Positions 23,255 to 36,400 of a DNA stretch of 64,000 bases are shown piece by piece (position 1 is the first letter of the stretch; each line of letters starts with the position of its first letter). The notes under the pieces are model-generated. The model was not told the DNA's origin. It made no database searches and saw only the letters and a list, made by a program, of their open reading frames with translations. The stretch is from Octopus sinensis (taxonomy: Eukaryota): contig NC_043010.1 in NCBI RefSeq assembly GCF_006345805.1, positions 43,338,001-43,402,000 of the forward strand, read 5' to 3'. Both the position numbers and the translations under genes were made by a program.

Positions 23255-25003
23255 ATCTATGAAAATCCAGATAATGTCACTACAGAGAGGAGGAACAGTG
23301 CAAAAGTGGAAAGTGATCTAGAATACACGAAGACTGTCCAGGAATCTCCTGAGTCTGACTCAGAGAATGTAACAAATTCTGTGAAGGAACATGAATCAGA
23401 TAAGAATTTCACTGATAAGCTTCAATCAAAACTTAACCGCAACAGTGCTAACATGAATGCAGCTGGTAAAAATAATAGTGCAATGCGACCAAAATCTATA
23501 CCACCACCTCCTCCTAAATATCCAGATGCTATGGCTCCTAAGAAAAAGATTCCTACAAAAGTAACAAATGAGCCTGGAAAGAAATCGGTTAATCTTCCAA
23601 AACCACTGCTACACAATAATGTTCCTCCTTCTGGTGTTGAAACTGTAAAAGTGATGCCAAATGCAGCAAGTGAATCAAACTTTACTGATGAGCTTCAGTC
23701 TAAATTGACCAAATTGAAACCCCAACAACAGGTGTCTAAACCAGACTCTACAGCACCTGCCAGCAGTCAACCTCCAAAATATAATGTAAGGCAGTCAAGT
23801 CTTAAGAAATCACTCGTTCCAAAAGAGAAACCTACGCCAATGTCACCACCACAACCATCTTCATTATCATTGGCTAGTGCACTAAAACAGAAACAAAACA
23901 GCTCAAATAATTTTCAACATGACATTACTGAATCAAAAGGGAGAGAAACTGAGTCAAAAGAGAAAGATACTGCACGTTATAGTGGATCTAAACTTTCAGA
24001 TAGGATTGCTAAATTTCAGAACCAGAGTGAAAACAAGGATGCAAACATAACCACAGGAAATAACCGAGGTCTGAATTTGTTGAAACGGCAACAGGAAAAA
24101 TTTAAATTGGATGACCCTAATTTACAAGACAACAAAAATAAAACAGGTTTTTCTAGCTCAAAGCTAAGTCCTGCCATACCTCAGAAACCACCAGTATTCA
24201 GCAAAGCTGCTCTGAAACCCACGGTTAAGAGTTCTCAAGAGAGTGTCCCTGCTAATGTGGGTCTTAAACCTAAAGTGTCATTCACAAAGCCAAAGTTAAA
24301 TCAGAATGTTACTCAGAGTAATCCCCAAACAATTGCTTCAAAATATCCCCAGTTTCAAGCCCAGAAAACAGCACCTGTATCAAAACCAGCACAAGTTGGT
24401 CATAAGTCGACTCTTCAGCCACCATCCACTCCAACAAATAAACCTAATTGGAAAATTGCAGATAGTGCTGAAATAAAGTACCAGGCTTCTCATAGCTACC
24501 AGGCAGAAAATGCTGAAGAGATTAGCTTTGTCCGTGATGATTCCATTGAAGTGTTGGAGAAAGATGAGTCAGGTTGGTGGCTAGTGAGGGTTGGCACAGA
24601 AAAAGGCTGGGCACCTTCAAATTACATTGAAGAAGTGAAACCAGTGACTAGCCGGAAGTTAAATCCTCCTAAGAAACCCCTTCCCAAACTAACACCAGGA
24701 AGTCCAGCCAAAAACACAACATTAGATTCCAGCAACAACAATAATTGTAATAATAACACTTCAACTCAATGCAGCGAGAATGACAGCAGCAAAAAGGATG
24801 GTAACAACAGAATCTTCAATGACTGCCTGTATATAGTCATGGAAGATTTCAGTGCTTTCAGTGACGAAGAGCTGTCAGTGGAGGAAGGAATGTATGTGAA
24901 TGTAATAGATAATTCAAACAATGAATGGTGGTATGTTTCACTTCACACTGGTGAAAAAGGATGGGTTCCTGCAAACTGTATAAGCACTGTACATGATGTC
25001 TGA
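23255..25003 (+). CDS. SH3PXD2A: SH3PXD2/Tks-like adaptor, terminal exon (Pro/Lys/Ser-rich region, SH3 #3 and SH3 #4, stop)
   Basis: Acceptor cttcttcag|ATC, in frame with ORF 23306..25003. Carries PxxP motifs (PKSIPPPPPKYP, PQKPP, PPKKPLPK) and two SH3 domains (YQASHSYQAENAEEISF...GWWLV...GWAPSNYI; YIVMEDFSAFSDEELSV...WWYV...GWVPANCI), ending in TGA. Confidence 0.92.
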   Translation: MYENPDNVTTERRNSAKVESDLEYTKTVQESPESDSENVTNSVKEHESDKNFTDKLQSKLNRNSANMNAAGKNNSAMRPKSIPPPPPKYPDAMAPKKKIPTKVTNEPGKKSVNLPKPLLHNNVPPSGVETVKVMPNAASESNFTDELQSKLTKLKPQQQVSKPDSTAPASSQPPKYNVRQSSLKKSLVPKEKPTPMSPPQPSSLSLASALKQKQNSSNNFQHDITESKGRETESKEKDTARYSGSKLSDRIAKFQNQSENKDANITTGNNRGLNLLKRQQEKFKLDDPNLQDNKNKTGFSSSKLSPAIPQKPPVFSKAALKPTVKSSQESVPANVGLKPKVSFTKPKLNQNVTQSNPQTIASKYPQFQAQKTAPVSKPAQVGHKSTLQPPSTPTNKPNWKIADSAEIKYQASHSYQAENAEEISFVRDDSIEVLEKDESGWWLVRVGTEKGWAPSNYIEEVKPVTSRKLNPPKKPLPKLTPGSPAKNTTLDSSNNNNCNNNTSTQCSENDSSKKDGNNRIFNDCLYIVMEDFSAFSDEELSVEEGMYVNVIDNSNNEWWYVSLHTGEKGWVPANCISTVHDV

Positions 25004-26964
25004 AGAAATATAATCTTTAGCATTATTGCACCTTGAATTTTAGCTTGTGACTTGGCACAAACAGTCAAATCAAACGAAACCTATGTATTTCATTTTATTC
25101 TTTACTTTCTGAGTTAACTCTGACTTTGGGGTCAATAAAATAGCAGTAATATACTGAAGTCAAACTTACTGTACTTATACTCTATAAAAACTGGCTGTGT
25201 GAAAAGTGAGAAAAAAATTATGTTTTGAATATATTCTTTGTTTGGTTTATGCACAAGTTCTAGCCAGTGACATAAAGTGACCTATATCAGTTACATGTTT
25301 AAAGTATATGGCCAGTTCTTATAAAGATTGTGCAGTAGTGTCATAATATTATTGTTTATCACTGTGGAAGAGTAAGTAAACTCCCAGTGATCCAAGTTAT
25401 ATTTTTCAGTTCTTTGATGTTAAGGTTATCATATGTATGTTTCAAAATTTGTCTCTTTACCATAAAGCTTTGTGGGATGTATGTAAAAATGAGTAAAAAT
25501 TAAATGAAAATAATGTAAAGTTAAAATTCACACACACACACACACACATGTGTATGTCAACTTGTATTTTATGAGGCTGAAGATATTAAGTAGCACAGTT
25601 ACTTGAGTTTCATCATTTGAATTATCAAATTGTAATGAAGTTTGAATTTTTTTATATATGGAGCTGGATAAAGGAATAAAGGAAGGAATTTGAGTATGAT
25701 GCAGAGAAAATTGGGGGAAAGGGGAAAAGAGAGGGTGCATAGTAAGAAGAAAGCTGGTAAGAGAGTAATGATAGGCAAATTTGAAATATTGAAAGTAAAA
25801 ATGATTAAAAATTAATAGTAAAAAGGTTATGTAAACTGGTAAGAGTTTAGATCTGATTATAGGAGTGAACTGGGGGTAAAATATATAGGATAAAAAATAG
25901 AATAAAGTTTTGTTGGTATAAAATTTTAACTTGAGAAAAATTCTAATGAACAGAGAAAGGAAAATTACTATCTTTGATTAAATTTAATCATTGATTGAAT
26001 TAATTTGATGTCAGGTTTTTATGTAAGCAAAGAAACACTGTCTTTGATTTACAGTTGAAGAGGGATTGCTTGGAGAATGGTATTTCTTGTGATACAGTAA
26101 TACGAAGTAGACACAACTTGTTACTGAGAAGGTTTGATAAAATATATTTTCCATTTTGATTTCAGAGTTGTTAGATTCAAGATTCTAAATGAATTTGTGA
26201 AACTGTTATTTTTTTCAGTAGCACAGTGCGCCCACCCACCCCACCTATGACCTTTTAGAAGTACATTTACAATTGAGCAGGCAATCATTCGTGTGAATAC
26301 AGTTATATGATTGGGAAGATTGGGTTAAGGAAGAATTATGAAATTTGATATTGTTAATACAATTTTATAAAATCAACTTAGACATCACTCTTGAACTTAA
26401 TAACCTCCAGTTTTTTCTGTGTAAAAATCCATTGAATCTCTCCATTACATACATAAATTTTGTAACTACCCATGCAATATTTTGAATCATACACAGATAT
26501 TTCTTTACACTTGTTTATCCTCTTTTCCAATGAATCTGCTTTCAGAGATGCTTCACCTTGTATATAATAAGGTGCACAAGCACAACTATTATAATAAGGT
26601 GCACATTATATTATAAATAAGGTGCACAAACACAAAACAGATTCACCAAAAATCTGTTAAAAACATCTCATTAACCCACAAAATACAACATGCATCACCA
26701 ACTTCAATTCTCCATATAACCAACGAGTTTCTACACCTGTAGCTGATATCTTTGTGGAGCTCTTACAAAATATGTCCATATCACAGGAACCACTAACATT
26801 TCAAAATAAATTTCTGTAAAAGTTTCTTCAAAAAACTTTAACCTACACAAGTTTTCTCCAATGTGAAACATATGGAACTCAACTTATTCTTTCCAACTAT
26901 GTAGTTGTATTCACTTGAATGATTGCCCACTCAACTGTCATTGTACTTCTGGAAGACTCTCTCT

Positions 26965-27362
26965 CTCTTTACTCTTTTACTTGTTTCAGTCATTTGACTG
27001 TGGCCATGCTGGAGCACCGCCTTTAGTCGAGCAAATCAGCCCCAAGACTTATTCTTTGTAAGCCTAGTACTTATTCTATCGGTTTCTTTTGCCGAACCGC
27101 TAAGTTACAGGGACATGAACACACCAACATCGGTTGTCAAGCGATGTTGGGAGGACAAACACAGATACACAAACACACACATATATATATACATATATAC
27201 GACAGGCTTCTTTCAGTTTCCGTCTACCAAATCCACTCACAAGGCTTTGGTCGGCCTGAGGCTATAGTAGAAGACACTTGCCCAAAGTGCCACGCAGTGG
27301 GACTGAACCCAAACCATGTGGTTGGTAAGCAAGCTGCTTACAACACAGCCACTCCTGCGCCT
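26965..27362 (-). mobile_element. tRNA-derived SINE, second family (ccttgggcaagtg core)
   Basis: The minus strand begins aggcgcaggagtggctgtgt..taagcagcttgc, has B box gggttcagtccc and core tttgggcaagtgtcttctactatagcc. Near-identical to 30930-31319. Confidence 0.88.
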
Positions 27363-28069
27363 ATACAAGACTCCTGATTCTATTGTTAAAACTATCAAAC
27401 TTTTAAATCATACATTAAAGTAACATCAAGTTCTTTCAAAAGGCAATTTTACCAATATCCTTATAGCTTTCGCCACCAAATTAAATGTTTTTATTCCAAT
27501 TTGTTTGAGTTCATTTAGAGCCTTTAACTTAATGACACATATTTTAAAATCAAGTGAAAAATAATGTTTTTCTATAAATCTTTTAATCTTTAAATTGTTT
27601 TAGCTTTAAGGCTGTGGACATGCTGGGGCACCATTTCCAACAAGCTGTCAATTTTGCAGTTCTGAATATCTAGAAATACTCTATCTCAACATCTCCTTCT
27701 TCAATTATAATTCAGCAGCAGTATCTGTAAACTTTCTTAGACATTCAAGATCAGTCAGATACTTTAAACTGTATTTTCAATCAAACCCACTAGATTTAGT
27801 CAATATGATCCACATCCCTATCTATTCTCTTTACAATTTTTCTCAAACAGTAGCACAGTACCAACAAGGCTTATTCTAATTTTTATTTCATATCATTCAA
27901 TTCATTCCTTAATTGCATAATCCATTTCTCCTTTATCACTTTATGTACATTTTAATTCATTTTCCCACTATTGGTTACTCTCAATATTTCAAATTTGCTC
28001 ATCGTAACTGATCTATGTGCTTTGATCTTTGCTAACACCTCTTTTTCATTCATCATCTGTATGTGTGTG

Positions 28070-29240
28070 TATGTACATGAAGGGGGTCATACCTGATGAT
28101 TGGAATAAGTCCATTATTGTCAAGTGTTACAAAGCCAAAGGCGACACCTTAGAGAGAGGTAATTACAGGGGTAACACATTACTGACCAGGTTGTAAAAGT
28201 GATGGAAAGAAATATAGTTCATATAGGAAGAAAGTTATCCTAGATGAAATGAATTTTTGGTTTTGTACAAAGAAGTACTATTCATTGCATCTTTCTTGTG
28301 AGACAACTGTTGGAGAAATGCCTGGCATTTGTCAACCTGAAGAAAGTCTTCAACAAAATTCCTCACTTGGTAATCTGGTGGTCACTTAAGTACTTAGGAG
28401 GAGATGAATGGTTTTTGAGAGCCATAAAAGCCATGTGAAAAGGTTCCATGAAATCTCAGAGCTTAGTCCCCATTCTATTCCTCATAGTTCATCTGGCTAT
28501 AACAGATGAGTTTTAAAACTCAGCATCCATTGAAACTCTGATATGCTGATGACTTCATTTTTATAGTTGAATGTATAGTACAAAAGAAATTCCAGGCATA
28601 GAAGCAAAACCTGGATTCAGAAGGTATCAAACTTAATTTAGCAAGGCCTAAGGTCTTTAATAAGTAAGAAAGCAGATAGGACCCCACTTTTCCCAGGAGA
28701 AGCTGAGGATAGAACTTCTATATAGTGTACTCAATTCAAACTTTGGATACACAAGAGGTACAGTGGAATCAAAGGCGTGTTAATAGAGTAAGTAGACTTT
28801 GTATGGGGAAGATATGCTGGAATAGTAAATTCTTAGCGCACATGGGGAAAACCTTATAAGTAGTTGATAGCTTCTGTTATCTGGGTAACCTAATCAGCAT
28901 TGGAGGAGGATGTTCTCAAAATATAGTAGTCAGAGTAAGAACAGGATGGAGATCTGTTACCTTTGTTGGTAATAAAAGGTTTCTATCTCCGAGTGAAAGC
29001 ACATGTATGATACTTGTGTATGAAAAGCAATGCTATACAGTAGGGAGACCTGGGTTCTGAATATGAAGGACTTTCAATGGCCAAAAAGAAATGCAACAAG
29101 CATGCTCTGCTGGATCTGCAATGTCAGTATACATGCTTAGCTAAATGTCAGTGCTTGATATATATAAAATGAGTAGGTAGGAACTCCATATGGTGTCCAC
29201 GATGTGCACAAAAGGTGTATTGGGATCCTGAACAGACTGA
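28070..29240 (+). mobile_element. Degenerate RTE LINE RT region
   Basis: PDDWNKSIIVKCYK.KGD.LERGNYRG, YADD at ~28545 and VDSFCYLGNLIS.GGG motifs across frameshifts. Confidence 0.75.
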
Positions 29241-29243
29241 TGG

Positions 29244-30251
29244 TATTGGGTTGAGTCATAAATAATTTCCTTCCTTTGGAAGCAAATTGCAATGACACAT
29301 TTCAAACTTCAGATGTTTAAAATTGCAATGGAAACTACCATTTTTAAAAGACCCTCATCTGTTATTCGTATGTAAGCAGGGAAATTGTGCACATCATTGT
29401 TTAATATGAACTGAAAGTGCATATTCAACATGTGATGCTGTGAGTGTTTAAGAATGGAAAAAATTCCACAGAAATAGCTAAGAAAATATGCTGTGTTTAT
29501 GGCCAAGGTGTCATTACTGTCCAGCAAGTTCCCCATATTCTTAGTGAGAAGAATAGGGAAGATCACATGTCCATGGGGACAAGTCTTCTTTCAAAGTATA
29601 AAAATGACCCATTTCTCAATAATACCATTACAGGTGATGGAAAATGGGTCTTTTATGACAATGTTCAATGCAAAAGGCAGTGGACTGATAAGAATAAATC
29701 TCTACAACTTATCTCAAAGGCTGAGCTCTATGGAAGGAAGGTTATGCTGTGTGTACGGTGGAATCACCATTTTGAGTTTTTAAACTGCATTCAAACACTA
29801 AAGCTGGCATATGCTCCCAACAGCTGCAAAATGTGCATGAAAATCTTTTAAGAAAATACCCTGTACTCGTTAATAGTAGAAACATTGTATTTCTCCATGA
29901 TAACACAAGACCACATTCAGCAAGGATCACACAGGATAAAATATTGGTTTTAGGCTGGTGTGTTCTACTCCATCCACCATTTTCACTGGACCTTGCACCA
30001 ACTGATTTCTATCTTCTGATGGAGAAACATTTTTCCTCAAGAAAATCAGGTGAAGACGTGTGTGGATAGCTTTTTCATGTTGAGGCCAGCTTAATTTTAC
30101 ATGAGAGGAATCAAAAAGCTATCTGATAAATAGCAAGAGGTCGTTCAAAATAATGGCAATATACTGATATTTGAAAATAATTCTTTGTAAAATTTTTTCA
30201 TGAGTAAAGGTATTTAACAAAATCAGAAATCATTTATGACTCAACCCAATA
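29244..30251 (+). mobile_element. Degenerate mariner inserted among RTE fragments
   Basis: TIRs tattgggttgagtcataaat / atttatgactcaacccaata. Motifs: ITGDGKWVFYDN, KVMLCV, FLHDNTRPHSA, HPPFSLDLAPTDF. Confidence 0.9.
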
Positions 30252-30339
30252 TATGAAGGCTTTGTATGTGATGCATGTATAGAAATAATTAGCAGTCAGT
30301 GCTACTAAACTGCTTTCCAATGCTTGTAATTCTCTGTAG

Positions 30340-30880
30340 TAGTAGTAGCTGATAGCTTCTGTTATTTGAGCAACCTAATCAGCAATAAAGGAGGATACTC
30401 TGAAAGCATACTGGCCAGAATAAGGACGATAGAAAAAGTTCAGGAAACAAGAGGATTATCTCTTCAAGCAAAGGGTAGATTATATTTTGCTTGTGTAGGA
30501 AGTGAAATGTTGCATAGTAGTGAGATATGGGCACTGAATGCAGATGTGTGAAGGTTGGAGGTAATAAAGCAAACATACTCCGCTGCACATATAATTTTAG
30601 TATGCATCACTGATGTGATACAGATAGATGAGAGATAAATTGGGCGTTAAGAGGAATCAGCTGTAATGTGCAAGAGGGGAAGCTACATTGGTATGGATGT
30701 GTGATGTATATGGAGGATAGCAAGTGGCTGAAGATGTGGCAAGATATCTCAGTGAAAGGAAACAAGAAGAGGAAAACCCAAAGAAAGCAGGACTGAGACA
30801 CAAATGTTGGCCTCAGCAGTATTTGAGCTCGGACAAATGTGGCAAAACATTTTTTCCGGACACTTTAATGAGTTTGCCAA
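30340..30880 (+). mobile_element. Second RTE LINE RT C-terminal fragment
   Basis: DSFCYLSNLISNKGGYSESILARIR...RGLSLQAKGRLYFACV.SEMLHSSEIWAL. Confidence 0.7.
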
Positions 30881-30929
30881 CTGCCTCATGTATAGGCACA
30901 AAGCCTGGGATTTGAGGATAGTTGGGTTA

Positions 30930-31319
30930 CTCTCTTTTACATGTTTCAGTCATTTGACTGTGGCCATGCTGGAGCACTACCTTTAGTCGAGCGAATCGAC
31001 CCCGGGACTTATTCTTTGTAAGCCCAGTACTTATTCTATCGGTCTCTTTTGCCGAACCGCTAAGTGACGGGGACGTAAACACACCAGCATCGGTTGTCAA
31101 ACAATGCTAGGGGGACAAACAGAAACACACATACATGTATATATATACATATATACGACAGGCTTCTTTCAGTTTCCGTCTACCAAATCCACTCACAAGG
31201 CATAGGTCGGCCCGGGACTATAGCAGAAGACACTTGCCCAAGATGCCAAACAGTGGGATTGAACCTGGAACCATGTGGTTGGTTAGCAAGCTACTTACCA
31301 CACAGCCACTCCTGCGCCT
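30930..31319 (-). mobile_element. tRNA-derived SINE, second family
   Basis: Same sequence as 26965-27362. Confidence 0.88.
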
Positions 31320-32332
31320 ATGTTAGTGACTAACCGTTAGATACATTGACACAATATTGGACTTCCTTTATTTTAGCCACCCCGGAGGGATGGAAAGCAA
31401 AGTTTGATCTTGACCTCGAGTTGTTGCGTTCTCAGTATTTGAACTCAGAGCGTAACGAGTCTGCTAATGCACCTCAAATATTAATTTTTTTTTTTTTAAA
31501 CATAAAGCGAGAAATTTTCGAGGGGAGAAGAACAATCGATTACTTCAACAGTAGTCTATGGACCCGGAGGTGAGAAACGCAAACTTGATCTTGGCGAAAT
31601 TTGAACTCTGGATGTAAAGAACCAGGAAAAATACTACTGGGAATTTTTTACAGTGCTCACAGTTCTGCAAATCTACCGCTCTTATAACTGTTTCTAAGAT
31701 AGGAACCAAGCCAGAAATTTGGTCAATCAAATCAAACTGGTAAAATCCCATTTTGGTAAATCAGGATTTTATGACACTCTAACGATTCTGATATTCCACC
31801 GTCTTATTATTGATATAATAATAAATATAATATCTCCACTTGACTTGCAAAAAGTGGATTCAATCTATTTCTTGGGTCTCAGAAATGGATACATTATTTT
31901 ATAATTAACGATTTTTAAAAATTGAAAGTCAGTCGAAGTAGAGTTAGCTCCCTTGAGCTATATTATGGAGTGATGAGTAAAGTGCATCAAATCGAACAAT
32001 AACAATTTACAAATGATTAAAATTTCTTTTGTAGCTAATTCTAATATCCTTCATTGGCGGTTAAGATTAATATATTTTAATACATTTTTATAAACACATT
32101 GACTTTGGATAATACTTCTATTTTATGGTTAGTATGAGTAGATTCCATTCGTACAAGACTTGCTTTGTTATGCATTTCACATGGCAAAGCCTAAGTGTTT
32201 TGAAAACTGACAGCTCCTTCATCTAAAGCATACATCTGCTGGTATGAGTGTATGATTGCATCTTCTCTTTTGATCCATCCAGTGAAATTTGTGGTCTCAA
32301 TGGCATATAGCATGAAGTTAACAATTTACCTT

Positions 32333-32460
32333 GTGTAGTGGGTGCTTTTTACGTGCCACCGGCACAGGTGCCAGGGGAGCCTGGCAGCCGCCACGGTTGG
32401 TTGTTGTTTTTAACGTGCCACCGGCACGGAAAATACTACTACTACTACTACTACTACTAC

Positions 32461-32496
<36 letters not shown>

Positions 32497-32988
32497 AATT
32501 ATTGTATACAGTGCTCAGGTGATACTTATTGGGGATAGTTTTCATACTGGAGTTTGTGTTGTAGTTTACCAGGATGTTTCAATTAATTTTGAAATCCTGC
32601 AGGATAGTAAATTATTTCTCTATGATCTACAACAGTGTCTTCTGATTTGTTGATTGATTATGACATGAAAGTAGCTGCAGCAGCTGTGAACTGATGCTGC
32701 TGATCCAAGCATTATCCCCATACAACATCATCATCATCATCATCATCGTTTAGAGTCTGCTTTCCATGCTAGCATGGGTTGGATGGTTCAACTGGGGTCT
32801 GGGAAGCCAGAAGGCTGCACCAGGCCCAGTCTGATCTGGCAATGTTTCTACAGCTGGATGCCCTTCCTAACGCCAACCACTCCGTGAGTGTAGTGGGTGC
32901 TTTTTACGTGCCACCGGCACAGGTGCCAGGGGAGCCTGGCAGCCGCCACGGTTGGTTGTTGTTTTTAACGTGCCACCGGCACGGAAAA

Positions 32989-33063
<75 letters not shown>

Positions 33064-33420
33064 AATTATTGTATACAGTGCTCAGGTGATACTTATTGGG
33101 GATAGTTTTCATACTGGAGTTTGTGTTGTAGTTTACCAGGATGTTCCAATTAATATTGAAATCCTGCAGGATAGTAAATTATTTCTCTATGATCTACAAC
33201 AGTGTCTTCTGATTTGTTGATTGATTATGACATGAAAGTAGCTGCAGCAGCTGTGAACTGATGCTGCTGATCCAAGCATTATCCCCATACAACATCATCA
33301 TCATCATCGATAGCATGGGTTGGACGGTTCAACTGGGTCAATGTTTTTACGGCTGGATGCCCTTCCTAACGCCAACCACTCCATGAGTGTAGTGGGTGCT
33401 TTTTACGTGCCACCATCACA
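32333..33420. repeat. Near-identical tandem duplication, 555-bp unit (about 2 copies, ending in a deleted RTE-tail copy)
   Basis: gtgtagtgggtgc recurs at 32333, 32888 and 33387. Each unit holds a repeat fragment, (TAC)n(TAA)n and unique sequence. Confidence 0.9.
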
Positions 33421-33499
33421 GGTGCCAGACGAGGCTGGCAAACGGCAATGATCAGATGGTGCTTTTTACGTGCCACCAGCACGGAGGCTCACCTATTTT

Positions 33500-36400
33500 C
33501 TTAACTATTGCATGCATAGAAGCTGGATTTATGGCACCATTACTGTTAGAGGGTAATCTCTCTAGTCAACCAGTAATAAACTTTTAGCAAAGTTCACCAG
33601 ACAGCTGATCTCCAAAATGATTGACTTTTATGCTTGTAGACAATTTGAAGATTTTAACTTTGGTCACAATTTTAAAAGCATGAATTTCATAAATTTTTAT
33701 TTTCTGGGATATCTGGTAGAATCTGAAAACATACTCACTACTCTGCCATTTAAAATCTATTGTCATGCAAGTCCTCCAGATTACAGCCTAGGGCCCCCAG
33801 AGCTTCCTCGTGTGCCATTGTGTATTCATACCATTCAATCATTTGTAAGCGCTTAAGAACTTGTTTGGCTTCCAAATTCTTGGCTATGTTGCAAGCAGGT
33901 GTGTCATTTTTACCAAAGTGCAAAGGGAGCTTGAAAGCAGAATGTAGTGTACAACTCCTAGGAAAGAATGTGATGGTAACAACTGAAGTAACAACTGCAA
34001 TAGCTATTCTGTTATGTTGATGGACTTTGGTGAAACTGATCAGGAATGTCTGTCATGTTCCACCCTGAACATCAAGGAAGCAAATTCTAGGTACTTGCAA
34101 AAATACAAAAGCAGACTGCCTTCTGATTTACACAGAATTTGCATTTATCATCTTTCTCATATGGTAGTAATATGTCAATGTTAATAACATTTGCTGTATG
34201 ATGTCTCTTTTAAATTGCTGTTGCTAGATTATTGACTTTAGTAATGTAGTTAGATTAAGGAGGTTGTTTTCATGAAAATCATTTTACATCCTTAAGCTTG
34301 TTGATGAGGGCTGCATTGTTGATTTTATCTATATATTCTATATCAATGCAAAGATACATCTGTTGAGCTTGATGCTTGAAATCTTCAAAAATAGAATTGT
34401 GACACTTGAGCCAGTACTGACACACATTGGATGCTTCACAGACTCTTTGTTGGATATACAGAAGCTTCTGACAATGTTGTGTCCTACTGCACATCATTCT
34501 TCAACAATTCAAATACATAGTGTGTAGTGGTGCAAATTTTGACATTGAAATGGACTGGAATTTTCCATTTAATGGAGAAAAAAATCAAAGAGAGCTTATT
34601 TATGTTGATTGACATATACAGTAGACTCTCTTCCAATAACACTGTTAAAACTTGTAGGGAATACGACTGTGCATAAGGAGTTGGTGACGGAAACGTCTCC
34701 TTTAAACGCCGCACGGTTGCCCTAACAAAATATGAAGCCAAATACATGATATAAAGAATATGTGCCAAAAGAATAAATGAGGACAACAACCGTTCTACTG
34801 CTTGAGAGAGAAAGATTTTATTTACAAATGTGTACAATGAGAGTGTGTGTGAGTGCTAGCAAAGTGGAGTGTCTCTGTGCATGCGACAAGTGTTTCTATC
34901 TGTGTGTTCATGTGTGCAACAGAAGTACAAACAAGGTATAAAACAGAATACAGAGCATAGGATGAGTCTCTCAGCATATTGAGTTAAGATGGAATTAGTT
35001 TACTTGTTCGTAAGTGAGGTACACAATAGTAATAGTTCTGTAACAGGATGTTGGGGTCACAAGGCAGAATGCCGGTTGAACACGTGTCGTGTAGCGGTTG
35101 AGGCTTCAATGCCGTGCCGGGTCTCTTGATACAAGAATCTCTCAGGTTAACTGTGCTGTTAACCTTGGTGAATATTCACAACAGCATTGGAGTTTAAACC
35201 TGAGCAAGTGCTGTGTACGTATTTGAAGTTGACGGTGATAATGGCGACAGTGGTGGAGACATCCTACATTGCTGGTGTATATTAGCATTGTCATGGCTGG
35301 AGCAGGAGCATGGCTGGCTGGTCGTCTGTCGCTAGAAGTGGAACATGGCTGAGTAACTCTGTGGTCAGAGGTTAGTCCTGAAAAGGACTGGTACCTAAGA
35401 CTGGTGTTGCTGGAACATGGTTGAGTGCTCTGTGGTCAGTGACTAAACCTTAGAAGGTATAGAGCCAAAGACCAATAATAATCTGTCGATCTCGCCTTTT
35501 TAAAGAGTTAAGGTGGCTCAGATGAAGCATAAGAAAAACAGTGTCACGAGACCTTATCCGAAGGCCGTGATTGGTTGGCTTACACACTGGCATGAAATAA
35601 GTCAAAAGACAAACTGCACCAAATGCTAACCAATCGGAGCAGTGGACACAACAGGGTCAAAATAGCCAAAGATGGTTGTTATCTACCACGAGATCATTTC
35701 TAATATATCTCTCAAACAGTGAGGATATCACTCACACTACAAACTTATTCCAAGCTGGCCTTCAGCGGGGTCATCTTACATTCTTTGTCTCCATTGTTGA
35801 TTGTTCCATGTACGTCAGACAAAATCTGATCATAGAGCTATGCTTTTACAAAGAGATCATACTAGAAGAGCTTAAAAAAAAGCTGTAAGCATTGTAGACT
35901 TTTTGCTTCTGTACAGCATTTACTTGCATAAATACGTGGGCTATTTTCCTAGTAAACAGCGACTTGTTGAATTCTTGGATATCTTTATGATTGGGAAAGG
36001 CAAAAAGTGCCAGAAAGCTGTACTGCTGCATATTTGGGTAACATCATAACTATATTGCTGCATCAGAATAAACACTACAGTGTCAGTTCCTTTGACAACA
36101 TTTGCAGATATATTTGATGAATTCTATTGAATTTCAAAACTCAGACTTTGTGCATTAAAGAAAATTTGCCATAGCATGCATTTTAATCTTGTTCACAAAT
36201 TTGGAATTCAATTCCATTGGATTGATTCCATCTTATTTGTAGGACTCACTGCAGGGAGAAAGAGTGCTTTTATATTGTTAAAATCTAGCAGTTCTTGGAT
36301 TCTGTAATGCCCTCAACAGGAAGCAACTTTGCATGTTAAACACAAATGCACCAAATGGTTTCCAAGGCCATTTATCAAGATGATCCAGACAGGTGAATTT

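Noticed and set aside
25134-25139. AATAAA 130 bp after the SH3 gene stop as the poly(A) signal
   Set aside because: It is plausible but lies in a SINE-like remnant, and AATAAA is frequent in this AT-rich DNA. It cannot be supported without 3' end data.
25600-28050. Possible old LINE remnants after the SH3 gene (similar tracts at 11800-12500, 14100-14640, 19870-20340 and 21640-22000)
   Set aside because: Only faint RT-like hints are visible, too decayed to classify or bound by eye.
34670-34705. AGGAG...GAAACGTC-TCCT hammerhead-like pattern
   Set aside because: There is no room for stem II, and the pattern spans an insertion junction.
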